Source: Glaucostegus cemiculus (lineage: Eukaryota). From it: a stretch of 64,000 nt of DNA. Below are positions 13,986 to 26,396 of the stretch, one piece after another. A program made the position numbers and the translations under genes. Within the stretch, counting starts at the first letter, position 1; each line of letters begins with the position of its first letter. The stretch covers positions 248,001 to 312,000 of the forward strand of contig CDPCPM010000020.1 in the NCBI GenBank assembly GCA_976551045.1. Direction: 5' to 3'. The notes under the pieces were generated by a model. It did no database searches and was not told the origin of the DNA. It saw nothing but the letters and a program-made list of their open reading frames with translations.

Positions 13986-14639
13986 GTAAGTACTTATCTC
14001 CTTTTGTCTCACAATCTTGAGATCTCATCAGAGTAACGATTGTTAGTACAAACTTATAGAAACTTGAGTAAAATTCTGCTTGTATTTCACTCTGCACAGC
14101 AATTAAACAAGATAATGACAGGAAGTCTTTTTTTTCCATTAAGTAGCTTTGTCGTTTTGTTCAGAACTATTAATATTTTTGGAACTAGAGTGGGATTTTG
14201 TGTTCACTTGCTGAAATGCATTTTGATCTGGCGCCATCTTCAGTGACCCACGTTCAATTCCTGAACAAATTTGATTAATGGTTTGACAAGTACAGGAGCA
14301 CTCAAAAGGAATTTCTGTTCTGTCAAATTCACACGTATTAGCATCACACTGCTGACGTCTGGTGAAAGTTGTACTTTATTCAAACTCTTAATCACAAAGT
14401 ACCACTACTCTCACCTTGCACAGTATACTTACCTGTCAAGACAATCGGCGATCAGTCTCAGTCAGACTTATGGCTTCCCTTCGATCTCTGAGTCCCAGAC
14501 TCTGCATCTCTCCTAGCAAGTGTTCTCAGGGTCACTCTGTGATCCCAGTTTCTTGTGCTTTTCCAGGGTTCAATAAGGAATTGAATCTTGTTTTCAAGAC
14601 CCATCTTCAACCTACTTCTTTTCTTTGGCTCCATTGAGA

Positions 14640-15195
14640 CAGTACCACATTAGGGCATAGAATGCAAGTGCAAGGAGGTTTTGTTCTAATGTTATAAAAC
14701 GTTGGTTAAGCCACAGCTGGAATATTGTGTGCAATTCTGGTCGCCACACGATAAGAAGGATGTGATTGCACTAGGATTCATTAGGATGTTGCCTGGGATG
14801 GAGTGCTTCAGTTTTGAAGAGAGACTGGATAGGTTGGGTTTGTTTTTGGAGCAGAGGAGGCTGATGGAGGTATACAAAGTTATGAGAGGCGTAGATTGGG
14901 TAGATAATAAGAAACTTTTCCCCATGGCAGACGTGTCTGAAGACCAGAGGGCAAAGGTTTAGTTGAGGAGGAAGATAAGGGGGGATCTGAGAGATCTTGC
15001 TCATCCAGATGCAACGTGAGCACTGCCTGATGGGTAGTAGAGGTAGAGATACTCATAATATTTAAGGGGTATCAGAACAAGCACTTGAATCACCAAGGCA
15101 TCATGAGCTATGGCCAAGTACTAGTAAATGGGATTAGTGTACCTTATGGTCAGAATAGATATAGCGGGCCAACAGGCTACTTTCTGTGCTCTATG
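14640..15195 (+). mobile_element. CR1-like LINE, 5'-truncated 3' end
   Basis: Translation YKTLVKPQLEYCVQFWSPH...FEERLDRLGLF.LEQRRL..VYKVMRG is the CR1 ORF2 C-terminus. Confidence 0.9.
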
Positions 15196-16379
15196 ATGAT
15201 CCATTTTGGGTCCGGCCCATTTTGTCCATCTTTGTCCTGTTGCAGCTGGACAAACTACTGCAAAGTATTGCCTCCATTTTCCACTCCTTCAGTTGTGGAG
15301 CGTTCTTGTTACTGGCTCTGAGCCAATCAGAGGAGTGTGGAATTGATTGCTTCTGACAGTTATATAAAGGCCTCATTCCCCATGTAGATCTTGTGAGCAT
15401 GTTTCATCACTTGGGTATTTCACTGTGTTAACATGGGCTTCAAGTTATCCCCTTATTACCATAGTAACAAGCCAGCTCCTCTGCCTGTCATTGTGGGCCT
15501 GGATGGCATTGGAAGAGTCTTATCTCAAGACAACTTGACACCTCACGATTAATTAGGCCTCTGAGGCCGTGGCCTTTGTAAAGTGAGCTACCTTTGCAAT
15601 TCTTTACTTTCACTTAGTGAAACTGAACAAATGTTCCATTGGAGTATTTCCCCTTGTACCAGTTTAGTTAATCCTGTGATTAATTAATCCTGGAGATTCA
15701 TTCCTTCAGTTAAGCATGAAAATTGATAACAATTTATATTGTCTTAACATTCCCACAAAACCTCAGACCATCAACCAACCTTGCATGTGGCAACTTCCAA
15801 ATTTGGTTCAAATTGAAAATGCTGTCTGTTGTTCTGTTCTGGGATGGTTGTTTTAACTCTGACCGCCACATTTAGCAAGACTAAAACCACAATTGCGCAT
15901 GTGCTGGTTCTTGATTGGTGCCAGTCATGAAAGTCTTTGTCCAATAAGTTACCAGTAAGAAATTTGTCCGAACGTTCACATTGAAGTCTAAAGATTTGTG
16001 ATATTTGAAGTCACAGAATCAAATTCATTTGCCCTTAATTTCAGTACATGCATTTGAGCGTCCTAAAACAACTTTTTGCAAAGACTTGTTGACTTTATGT
16101 AATATGTGGTCCTTGTATCCTTTTGAATCAAAGAAATTAAGCTAGTGGCAGCTATAAAAATTGTATGGACTTAGTTTGGTGCAAATGTCAAATTAGCAGG
16201 TGGAATAAGGAGCATAGTTAACTGTAAAGAGATCTGTAAGTGCCTTCTGCATAGAGAAACAAAAGTGCGAGCCCTGAAGCAGGTTACTCAGTCCAACCAG
16301 TCTGTGTTGGCATTTACCCTCTTGATAAGCAATAGTTCTGTAGCAACAGTTTACACCTCTACAGCAGTTTTAACATAGT

Positions 16380-16800
16380 TGGAAGCCCCAAGCTGCTTCA
16401 CAGGAACATAATCAAATAAAAGAAGTTCATACTGGGCAAGAGAAGGAGCTAAATGGGACAGGTGACTAAAATCTTGGTGAAAGAGCTAGGTCTTGAGGAA
16501 CATTTCAGAGGAGGGTACGGTGAGGCACTTTATGGTGTGAATTCCAAAGTTTGGGTTCTAAGTAACTGAAGGCATGGCTGCCAAGGATGTAATGAAGGCA
16601 GGTGGAATTTATGAGCAGAGTTGATAAAAATGGTGTTTTTAAGTTTTCGGGCTGGAGGAGATGACAGAGATAAGGAGGAATAGGGTCATAGAAGGATTTC
16701 ATCACCTAGGCAAGAATTTGCAGTTGAGCGCTTTGGTCTACAAGAGGTACAGTAGATTAGCAAACTATCCCCAGTACATAGTGTGAGTTATGGTCAGTAG
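16380..16800 (-). mobile_element. Decayed L2-like LINE 3' fragment
   Basis: Reverse-strand peptide GSHAFSYLEPKLWNS resembles the L2 ORF2 C-terminus. Confidence 0.55.
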
Positions 16801-17819
16801 GCAATGAGAATATCAGAATCAGAATCAGTTTTATTGTCAGGAGAGAACCAGAATCTGTGTTCGGGCAGACAAAGACAAAATTGTGAAGTTTTTTGCATTT
16901 GTAATCTGCTTTTGTCTGTGTCTCTCAGAATACGAGGAGGACTCTTGAGAAGAGCTGACTTAGTTTTTCTAATTCTTTGGATGGGGGCTTCACTGGCAAG
17001 GCTGGCATTTATAGGCCCTCCCCATCTCCCTCAAGGTGGAGGTAGACTGCTGCCTTGAACTGCTTGCAATGTTTGATGAAACTGATCAACTTGTAAGTCT
17101 CTTTCATAGAGTAGTTAAGAGGTAGTGGGATTGGAGTAAGAATGACAGCTTTCCTGCCCTCAATGGAAACACTTTTCCTCAACAATTTGACTCCTTCATG
17201 GTCACTTAATTGATGCCAGCTTTTTAATTTAATTTGTACATTTTTTATGAGCTGGATTCAGTTGATGAATTTGATCTTTAATTCTCTTTTAAAACTTTAA
17301 TTGGCACAATACTCCTGTTTGAAATTCCATCAACATTAGAACGTACATTTCATAACCAGTTTCATCCATTAGCTGATTCCACTTTTATCAGTGCATTGAT
17401 ATTTTTATATGAATTTCACCACACTGGCACTAAAGACTGCTTTGGTAAAACAAAGTAATTGTTATTTCATAGAATTCAGTTCCCTTGCAGGCGATGTAAT
17501 TTAAAAGATCAGTATTGGAATAAAATGTGTTATGTTGAATATCCAATGGACATTTAATTTATAGGGAAGGCTTGAAATGGTGGTGGTTGTCCTTGGTTTT
17601 TGTGGGCCATGGCCTTGATTGGTTAGATTGGAAATTTAGTTATTGCCGTACCTAGTTTTTGAGACTCTTGTCATTGGCATTTTCACTGCACAGATCAGAA
17701 TCCCATGGCTGACATGAACTACGAGATGTCTTTTCCATACAGATTTCATTTGATTAAATATTCTTTTTATCCTCAAAATATTATTTTCTGATTAATTCAG
17801 AATCTATCTTGCTTTTCAG

Positions 17820-17870
17820 CAAAAGGCCAAAGATAACAGGGCAGCTCAGCGCATCAACAAAGCACAGAAG
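17820..17870 (+). CDS. KMT2D: KMT2D coding exon, end of HMG box (QKAKDNRAAQRINKAQK), 51 nt
   Basis: CTTTTCAG acceptor and AAG|GTAAAT donor. Near-identical to KMT2D QKAKDNRAAHRINKVQK. Confidence 0.95.
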
Positions 17871-18032
17871 GTAAATGAACTGTTATTTGAAATACCTGGC
17901 TTGCGGTCTTGGGCTTTTTTCATTTCACTGAAAATTCTTCTTTTATTTGCCAGTTTATGATACGCTAATGTGTGCTTTCCCTTTTATCCTTGATTAACAT
18001 AAAATATGATCAGTTCTTTGTTGCTTTCATAG

Positions 18033-19973
18033 CAGGTTGACATGCAAGGTAACAAGCAGCCAAAAATTGAGAGACAAGAGGTAAAGCAGGATCGTAAACC
18101 ACCTCGTCATCCACATACCCTGAGTCAGAGTCCTGCAATGACCAGTCTTACTCCAGCAACATTAGTTGTGGGGAATTCTGGTTCCCCAGCAGAAATGAGG
18201 ATTGACAGTTTAGGCCCAAGTGCTTCATTACACGGTAATAAATCATTTACTACCTCGACTAATGAATTTGTAAAACTGCAAGCAACAAGCCCATCCCCAA
18301 AAGACTCCAGCAGTGACTTGTTTCCGAAACTGCATATGCAGTCTCCAACTGGAGTTGTAGCCCAAGAGCCTTTTGGGCATTCGCTAACATCATATCCTCA
18401 GGAACCCAATGTTCAGTCTTCCAGTAATCTAAGTCAAGCACCGGCATGGAACAGCTCTCTCCACCAGTCAAGTGTACCTCGTCCTGTTGTTCCAGGCCGA
18501 CCACAGCTGCTTGCCTCTTCAGAGCTACATTCTGCCACACCAGGAATGTCACATCATCAGCATCCTCTAGTCCCAGACTCATTCCTTCGATCTAGAGTGC
18601 TTGGTGAATCACATGATACCCATACAGTTGATCAGCCATTAGGAAGTCCAGGGTTTCGATCATCACAGTCGACAGACTGTTACACAAAACCACTTGAAGC
18701 TTTAACGCTGCCATCACCAACTGGAGACCAGTTAAGGCGACTTCCAGATACAGAAATTGGAGCACAGCATCCAAGAAATGAACAGTTTGCAGGAGTTATG
18801 AGACAAGATTTAAGTACAAATTCCTTGGCTTCCCTTTACAGAGCTGCAATGTTGGATCCAAATATGAATGTACGGTCACTTTCAGATGGGAGGGATAGAG
18901 ATATCTTCAAAGCACCTTTAACTCCCAGATCATCATATGTGGACCAAGCACCTACAGTACCTACTCAACGTTCTCAGGAACTACACCCTCAATCTCAGGG
19001 TGTCTCGCCACAGGCTCAGACCGATTTGTACCGCCAGTCTCCTTCCACGCCATTTTCTGATCCGTACCATCAATCTTCCTTGACACCACGACCATCTCCT
19101 AGTGAGAGCTGCTCTCCGTTACCTCCTAAATCGCTTCCTGCTGATTCTATCTCCAGGGTACCAATGAGTCCGCAATCTCAGTGCAGTTCACCGTTGACAC
19201 CCAGGCCACATTCCAATGAGGCATTTCCTCAGTCTCCCATTGCCTCTAGATTCCAATCACCAGATCCTTATTCAAGGCCACCTTCAAGAGATCCTTACGC
19301 TCAGCTTCACAAACCACAGAGATCCCAAATGGTTGACACCGGATTTAAATCCTCTCCAGTGCCTCATGGGCAACCAAGTGGTACCATTCAGCATTCAGCA
19401 ATGTTTTCTCAGCACAGTGACCCACATCCAAAAGCAGCTTATGTAATGCAGCCTCAGTCTCCAAGGCCTCTCAGTTTTGAGCCATGTGCCAAGACATTTG
19501 CCAGCAGTCAACCACAAAATCAATTTCCTTTCACTTCATCACCAGGAGATATGGTTAAAGAATCCCATTCTCAGCCGTCAGGATCTCAGATGCCTCGAAC
19601 AAATAATTTTCCATCAAGTCATCTAATGGGGAATCAGCTCAATGTAACTGATGCTCATTGCTCTCAACTCAATGCTAGTAATCAGTCAGGACCTCCAGAT
19701 GCTGCATCTGTTACAAGAGATGAAGCTTTCACCAATATGCCTTTAAGGCCATCCTTGATCAAGCAAGATACACTACCTTTACAGCAAGATTGTCCATACC
19801 AGACTTCTAACAATCGATCAGTAAGTGATTCATCTCCATCAGAGAGAAGCAGCGAGAGTGCCACACAAGTCCACACTCCAGCATCTCCCAGCAGAGACTT
19901 GCATGAGCTCCCATTCAACAGGGGAGCGCAAACTGGAAATCTGAGTCAGACGGAACTTGAGAAACAGAGACAG
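18033..19973 (+). CDS. KMT2D: KMT2D large Pro/Ser-rich exon (exon-31 equivalent), 1941 nt
   Basis: ORF 18042-20048 contains DIFKAPLTPR, RFQSPDPYSRPPSRDPY and LSQTELEKQRQ. TAGCAG tandem acceptor and CAG|GTAATG donor. Confidence 0.95.
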
Positions 19974-20149
19974 GTAATGATAAGTATTACTGGAGTAACT
20001 TTGTGTGTGGATGTACTTTACTGTCATGGTATTTTAAGTTTTAACTGATGTTATCCCAGTGCACTACTAGAAAGTATGAAATTTCAAGTATTGAAAGACC
20101 TATTAGCAGTGTCATTGCGGCACGCTGGGTCGCGTATGCATTCCCAGTA

Positions 20150-20465
20150 GGAGAGAGGATTGCTGCACTATCTGAGCTTCTGTATTTTTGGATGAAACAT
20201 TAAATTGAGCCCTTGCCTGCCACTTCTGGTGGATGTAAAAAGGTCCCATGGCACTATTTTGAAGCAGAGCAGGCAAGATCTCGTGTTCTGGCCAATAAAA
20301 CGCATTATCTGGTCATTATCACATTGCTGTTGGGAGCACGCTGTGCAAAAATTAGCTGCCTAATTTCCGACAATACAATGGGGACTACACTTAAGCAAAA
20401 CTTAATTAGCTGTAAAGTGCTTTGAGAACTCCTGTGGTCACAAAAAGCAGTACATGAATGAGGAG
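20150..20465 (+). mobile_element. Deu-domain SINE (AmnSINE1/SacSINE1-like)
   Basis: Contains GGATGAAACATTAAATTGAG..GGTGGATGTAAAAAGGTCCCATGGCACTATTTTGAAG and ATCTGGTCATTATCACATTGCTGTT..GTAAAGTGCTTTGAGA, which match the recalled DeuSINE consensus. Confidence 0.75.
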
Positions 20466-20745
20466 TCCTCCCCCAATGAAAGAAAAGGGTAACTGCATAA
20501 TTATGTGAGTGATGTTGGATCCTTGTTTACAAAATTCTCAATATGCTGTGAAGTGATGTGTAGCCTAAGGAGGTTCAACCGGCTGATTTGGGGCACTGAC
20601 CAAACTTGGATCCGATTTCTGTAACCTTAAACTGATAAATGCTACTATTGCTGAAGTTTCAGCCCTTAGGTACTGGAACTGTTTACTGTTCAGGTGTGAG
20701 GTAAGAAACTTTGTTGAAACTAAATTATTTTTCATGTTTTATCAG

Positions 20746-20925
20746 CGTCAGAGGTTGCGTCAGCTTTTGATACGTCAGCAAATTCAACGGAACAACTTGC
20801 GACAGGAGAAAGAACAGGCAGCTGCATGTGGTAGTGGCACTACCACAACCAGTTGGTCAAAAGAAAATTCAAGTCAGCCCCATGAGCTGCAGACAAGAGC
20901 GCCACCTCCATACCCCCTTTCTCAG
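20746..20925 (+). CDS. KMT2D: KMT2D coding exon (RQRLRQLLIRQQIQRNNLRQEKE...APPPYPLSQ), 180 nt, with LXXLL motif
   Basis: TTTTATCAG acceptor and CAG|GTACCT donor. LRQLL at 20755-20769 and a PPPY motif. Confidence 0.95.
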
Positions 20926-21488
20926 GTACCTACTGATACTGGGTATCTGATATTGTAAACAACTTTCCAAATAAAAGTAGATCTCTTAATCAGCAGATAT
21001 CTGATCAGGCTTTATATCTTCATTTGGAAAGGTTGAATCTTTCATTTGTTGAAATGGTTAGTGCAAGTTCTTGTGACTATGTTTTGTCCCTAACTTTGTT
21101 GTTCTGGATGTGCTCAGTGCCTTGCTCCCTGGAACAAATAAATGCACTATGCTTTTTGAGTTTGAAGATTGGCATTCTCTGGTATTATATTTACTGGACG
21201 GCTCAAGCTTGAAGACCGTTTGTAAGCAAACATTGTGAGAAGAGTGAGCTTGATATTGATATGCCAAATTATGATAACTCCACTGTCCCAAAGCACTTTG
21301 CATACAGGAAATTATTTGGAAGTGTCACAATGATCCTGTGGAGAGATTTTTTTAAGGATGTTGATTGAATGGCAGATGTTAGCCAAGTCCTAATCTAACT
21401 TTTTAAATGATATTTTTACAGATTATAGTAAGGAGTGAGGTTTTTAATACTTGCCACTTAAGGGTTAAAAATTCTTTTTGTTTTGCAG

Positions 21489-21646
21489 GATCGGTCTGCC
21501 CTTCGAGGGCTGATCCCTGGCTCTGGAAATGGAAGGTTAATAAATCCAGTGGTACTAGAAAAACAGCATTTGTTTCCTCAGGAGGAGAGTCTCTGTCGGC
21601 CTCCACAACCAGGCATTTCCCCTGCTGGTGAAGTGAATGCTCCTAG
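21489..21646 (+). CDS. KMT2D: KMT2D coding exon (DRSALRGL...EVNAPR), 158 nt
   Basis: TTTTGCAG acceptor and TAG|GTATGT donor. Phase 0-2 links the flanking exons. Confidence 0.88.
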
Positions 21647-22479
21647 GTATGTGCAATTTAATAAGCATCTGTATGCATCAAAATGCATGCTGGTTGATTC
21701 AGTAATGTAGTTGATCAAAGCATGTGATTTATTTGGGGGGGGGGGGGGAGTGCTGTTCAGGATAATGCAGAAAATAGCTGGTCGAACAGCATTGCTCAGA
21801 ACCATGAGGGTGTTCTTCTATATGCTATTGTTTTAACTCGCCCATTGATACATTTAATCTTTGAATGAAGTGTGTGTATATATACAAGCAGTGAACAACA
21901 GATCTCGTAACTGGTTTACAACAAGGAGCACTTCTGCCACGTAGACACGTGGGGTAAGAGGGAGGAGGGACCATTACAGCAACAAATTTAATTACTAGCA
22001 AGTACCAAATTCTAATCTGTCGCAGTATTCTGTAATTTTAAAATGGAACCTTGAGTGTTAAGCTCCTAAGCTATCCTATGAATATAAATCAAGGGTATCC
22101 TGTTCCTTTACCTGTGTATTTAACTTCAGTCTCAAATGGTTATTAAAAGCGGAGAATGCAGAGAAAAAAATGTGATATTTCCAGTCACTGCAGCTTGTGC
22201 TAGATCTATCTGAGAAATATGGGGGCAAAAGAAAGCAAGGAACTTGTGGGTGGGTAGGACAATTGGGGAGGAGATTGTAATCGGCATGCGAAAGAAATTA
22301 GATTGCAGGGAAATAAGTGAAAGAATGTGATTAATGGAAATGCCAACATGGTCTTGATAGGCTAAATGACCACCTCCAGTGTAGAGAAATATAAGAAATG
22401 GCAAGGAGAGCAAAATGTGAGATCAGAAGAGTAGAAAAGTGGAATATTATTAAAGTGGTGTGAAGATATTAAATACTGT

Positions 22480-23050
22480 GCTCAGAGATATCTGGGTCTG
22501 ATACAAGAAACTTAGAATCTTAGCATGCGATTAGAAAGTTAGATGGAATACAAACGTAGGGAATTCTTACTGCAGCCAAGCAGGGGTTTGGTGAGACTGC
22601 ACTTGCAAAACTACATGGTTTTGGTTCCCCTTAGCAAAGAAAAGGCGTACTTGGAAGACATGCAAATAAGGCTCACTAGTTGGATTCCTCGAGTGAAAGG
22701 GTTGTTTTAAGATGAAACATTAAGTAGGTTGGACCTGCACACTCTGGAGTTTAAAAGAATGAGAGGTGATCATATTACTCTGAAGATGGACAGTAAGGGA
22801 GTAATGAACTAGAGGGTATATAGTCTCAGGACAAAAAGTTGCTCATTTAGGACTGAGATGGAGAGAAATTTCTTTTCTCGGAAGGTTGTGCATCTTTGGA
22901 ATTGTCTATCCCAGAGAGTTGTGGATGCCTAGTCATGAAGTGTGTTCCAAGCTAAGAATTTTGAATTGAGGCCAACAGCTACTTCAGCCATGATCTCACT
23001 GAATGGCAGAGCATACTTAAGGGTCCAGATGGCCTATTCTTATTCCTCTT
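22480..23050 (+). mobile_element. Decayed CR1-like LINE 3' portion
   Basis: TTGGTGAGACTGCACTTG, CTCTGGAGTTTAAAAGAATGAGAGGTGATC and the 3' tail GATGGCCTATTCTTATTCCT. Confidence 0.75.
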
Positions 23051-23464
23051 TTGTTTTTTATGTTACATAATGTTCAAGAATCCCATAGTTCGCCAATTCT
23101 CACTTTCTTACAGGTATACAGCTCAAGTTTGACACTCTTCCCCCAGTTGCAAGCTAGTCTCGGGTGTCTTCAGGTCTTTGATTTCCTCTGCACTATACTT
23201 AAATTTCATTTGCAGTTGAATACTGCAAGCAAGGAATATTGTCCCTGTCCACTCACTGTCGTAGAGGAAACACTTAGTTCAGTATCTGAAGATATCTCTT
23301 TCTTCACCTTTTCAGTTGAAGTGTGTGCATTTCCCTTTTCTTTCCCCATCCCATTTCCTAAGGGCAATGACATAACCTGTAACTCATTGCATAGGTACAA
23401 CATGAGATCTGTTGGAGCATTGCAAGAGTTCTTCTGCTGTTGTACAATTTCTATGCCTAAATAT

Positions 23465-24585
23465 TAGTCATATAGCACAGAAACATGCCCTTTGGCCCAA
23501 CTGGTTCATGCCAACCAAAGTTCCCATCTAAGCTAGTCCCATTTGTCCATGTTTGGCCCAGATCCCTCTAAACCTTTCCTATCCATGTGCCAGTCCAAGT
23601 ACCTTTTAAATGTTGTTCACGTACCTGCCTCAACCACTTCCTCTTGCAGTTCATTCCATATACTGACCACTTTCTGGGTGAAAACGTTGACCCTTGGGTT
23701 TTTATTAAATCTCTCCCCTCACCTTAAACATATTCCCTCTAGTTCTTGATTCCCCAACGCTGGGAAAATGACTGCACATTCCCCATCTATGCCCTTTGTA
23801 ACTTTATACATCTCTATATGACTACACCTCATTCTCTGACACTCCAATGATTAAAGTCCCAACTTGCTCAACCTCTCTCCATAACTCAGTCCCTCAAGTC
23901 CTGGCAACATCCTCTTAAATCTCCTCTGCACTCTTTCCAGCATAATGGCATTGTTCCTATTGCAGGGTGACCAGAACTGAACACAATGTTCCAAATGTGA
24001 CCTCTCCAATGTCCTGTACAACGGCACCGTAACATCCCAACTTCTATACTCAGTGCCCTGACTGATGAAGGCCAGCGTGGCAAAAGCCACTTTAACCACC
24101 CTGTCAACCTGTGATGCCACTTTCAGGGAACCATGTACCTGTACTCCTAGGTCCCTCTGTTCTACAACACTCCCCAGGGCCCTACCATTCACTGTGAAAG
24201 TCCTACCCTCGTTTGCGTTCCCAAAAGGCAATACCTCACACTTATCTGAATTAAACTCCATTTGCCATTCCTCCACCCACTTACCCAGCTGATCAAGATC
24301 CCTCTGTAAATCCTGATAACCATCTTCACTGTCAATGACACCACCTATCTTAATGTCCTCTGCAAACTTACCATGCCTTGTACAGTCTCATCCAAATCAT
24401 TGATGTTGATGACAAATAGCAATGGGCCTAGCACCGACCACGGGAACACCACTCATCAGGGGCTTCCAGTCTGAAAAACCGTGTTCCACCATCACCCTCT
24501 GCTTCCTACCATCAAGCCAATTCTGTCCCCAATTAGCTATCTCTCCCTGGGTCCCATGTGATTTTACTTTTCATAGCCTACCATG
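23465..24585 (-). mobile_element. CR1-like LINE (RT C-terminus and 3' UTR)
   Basis: ORF 23851-24276: WQMEFNSDKCEVLPFG...RDLGVQVHGSLKV...LEHCVQFWSP...LERVQRRF. Confidence 0.93.
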
Positions 24586-24874
24586 TTATTTTTTTGTTGT
24601 GTGGGTCCCATTATGAAATAATTTAATTGCAACATATATTGAGGTTCATTTTCCTGTGCACCTTGAAACTTGGCATTTACGATTTTGTTTTAATCCAAAG
24701 AATTTATGGTGTATGTTCTGCAGCCAGCAAGCAGTAATGTCTTGTTTCTGATCTTGAAAGGAGTTGTGGAACATCTGATGATGATGTGATTACTGAGTAT
24801 CAGTTCATCTGAGCTCTAGAGATTAATTTTTGCAGACATCCCATTTTTTTCATTGACTGGCAGAGCAGACTTGG

Positions 24875-26130
24875 AACATAACATAGAACATGCCATTTGA
24901 TGCACAATGTCTTTGTGACCATGATGCCAATCTAAATAATCCCATCTTCCCATCTACTTGCACATGGTCTCCATCTCTCCATTCCCTACCTGTTCATGTG
25001 TCTGTCCAAACGTTGCTATTGTATCTGCTTCCACCATCTTCCCTAGCAGCATGTCCCAGTCATCTACCACTCTCTGTGTGTTTGTGTGTCCCTCTCACCT
25101 TAAACCTACGCCCTCCAGGGTTTGACATTTCCACCCAGGAGAAAAAGACTATCTATCTATACCTCCTTACAATCTTATATACTTCTATCACGTTACCCCT
25201 CAGCCTCTGGTCTAGAGAAAACAATCCAAGTTTGTCCAACTTCTCCTTATGGCTAATACTCTCTCATCCAGGCAATGTCCTGATGAACCTCTTCTGCACC
25301 CTCACCAAACCCTCCACATCCTTCCTGAACTGCCCACAATACTTCAAATGTGGCCTAGCCAGTTTTATGCAGCTGCAACAATCCTTCCCAAATTTTATTT
25401 TAATTTAATTTTATTTATTTACAACGTGGTAACAGGCCCTTTCGCCCCAACGAGTCCACGTCGCCCATTTTAATCCCCCAAATTAACCTACCCATACGTC
25501 TTTTATACTTAACATCCCGACCGATGAAGGCAAGTATTCTGTACGCCGCCACCTTTACCACCCTATCCACTCGTGGCCACTTTCAGGACTTGCACCCCAA
25601 GATCCCTCTTCATCAATGCTCTGAAGGGTACTGTCATTTGTTGTTTACTTCTGCTTGCATTTAACATCCCAAAGTGCAACACACACTTGTTCAAGTTAAA
25701 CTCCACCTGCCATTTCTCTGCCCACACTTCTAACTGGTCTATATTCTGCTGAATCCTTTGACAGCGGTCCTCACTGTCTGCACACCTACCTATTTTTGTG
25801 TTGCCTGCAAACTTGCGAATCAGTCCATGTACATTTTCGTCCAAATCATTTATATAAATTACAAACAGTGGAGGCCCCAGCACTGATCTCTGCAGAACTC
25901 TCCTCGACACGGACTGCCAGTCAGAAAAAAACACTGCTCCACCACTACCCTTTGTCTTCTATGGCCAAGCCAGTTTTGAATCCAATCTACCAAGTCTCCA
26001 CGGATCCCGTGTATCTTAATCTTCTGGATCAGCTTACCATGAGCGAACTTATTGAAAGCTTTATTAAAGTTCATGTATCCAACTTCTACTGCCCTACCCT
26101 AGTCAATCATCTTTGTCGCCTCCTCACTAA
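24875..26130 (-). mobile_element. CR1-like LINE (RT domain fragment and 3' UTR), interrupted by a SINE fragment
   Basis: ORFs 25563-25934 and 25859-26074: NFNKAFNKFAHGKLIQK, SVLGPPLFVIYINDLD, WQVEFNLNKC. Confidence 0.92.
25399..25500 (-). mobile_element. 5'-truncated V-SINE-like fragment nested in CR1, with TTTTAT target-site duplication
   Basis: Reverse strand reads GACGTATGGGTAGGTTAATT...GGGCCTGTTACCACGTTG plus a (TAAA)n tail. TTTTAT occurs at 25393-25398 and 25501-25506. Confidence 0.7.
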
Positions 26131-26396
26131 GCTTGAACATTAGGGGCAAAATGTATTGATGTTCTTGGGAACTGCAACAATAATGAAGAGCAGGTAATTT
26201 TACTTGCAATATTAGATCATAGGGAAGCTTATTTTATGAGGTCAAGCCAGTTGTGCAGAAAATTTTGTGCCAGTGGTCACTTGCACTATATAAAGGCCTT
26301 ACTTAAAGTATATTTAAATTACCCTATTTGAAAAGAGGACACTAACTACTGCTGCTTTGCAATACTTATATCTCCACTTAATATTTTATTTTCTAG

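Noticed and set aside
24770-24815. C/D-box snoRNA-like TGATGA...CTGA
   Set aside because: Too short, with no terminal stem or recognisable guide sequence.
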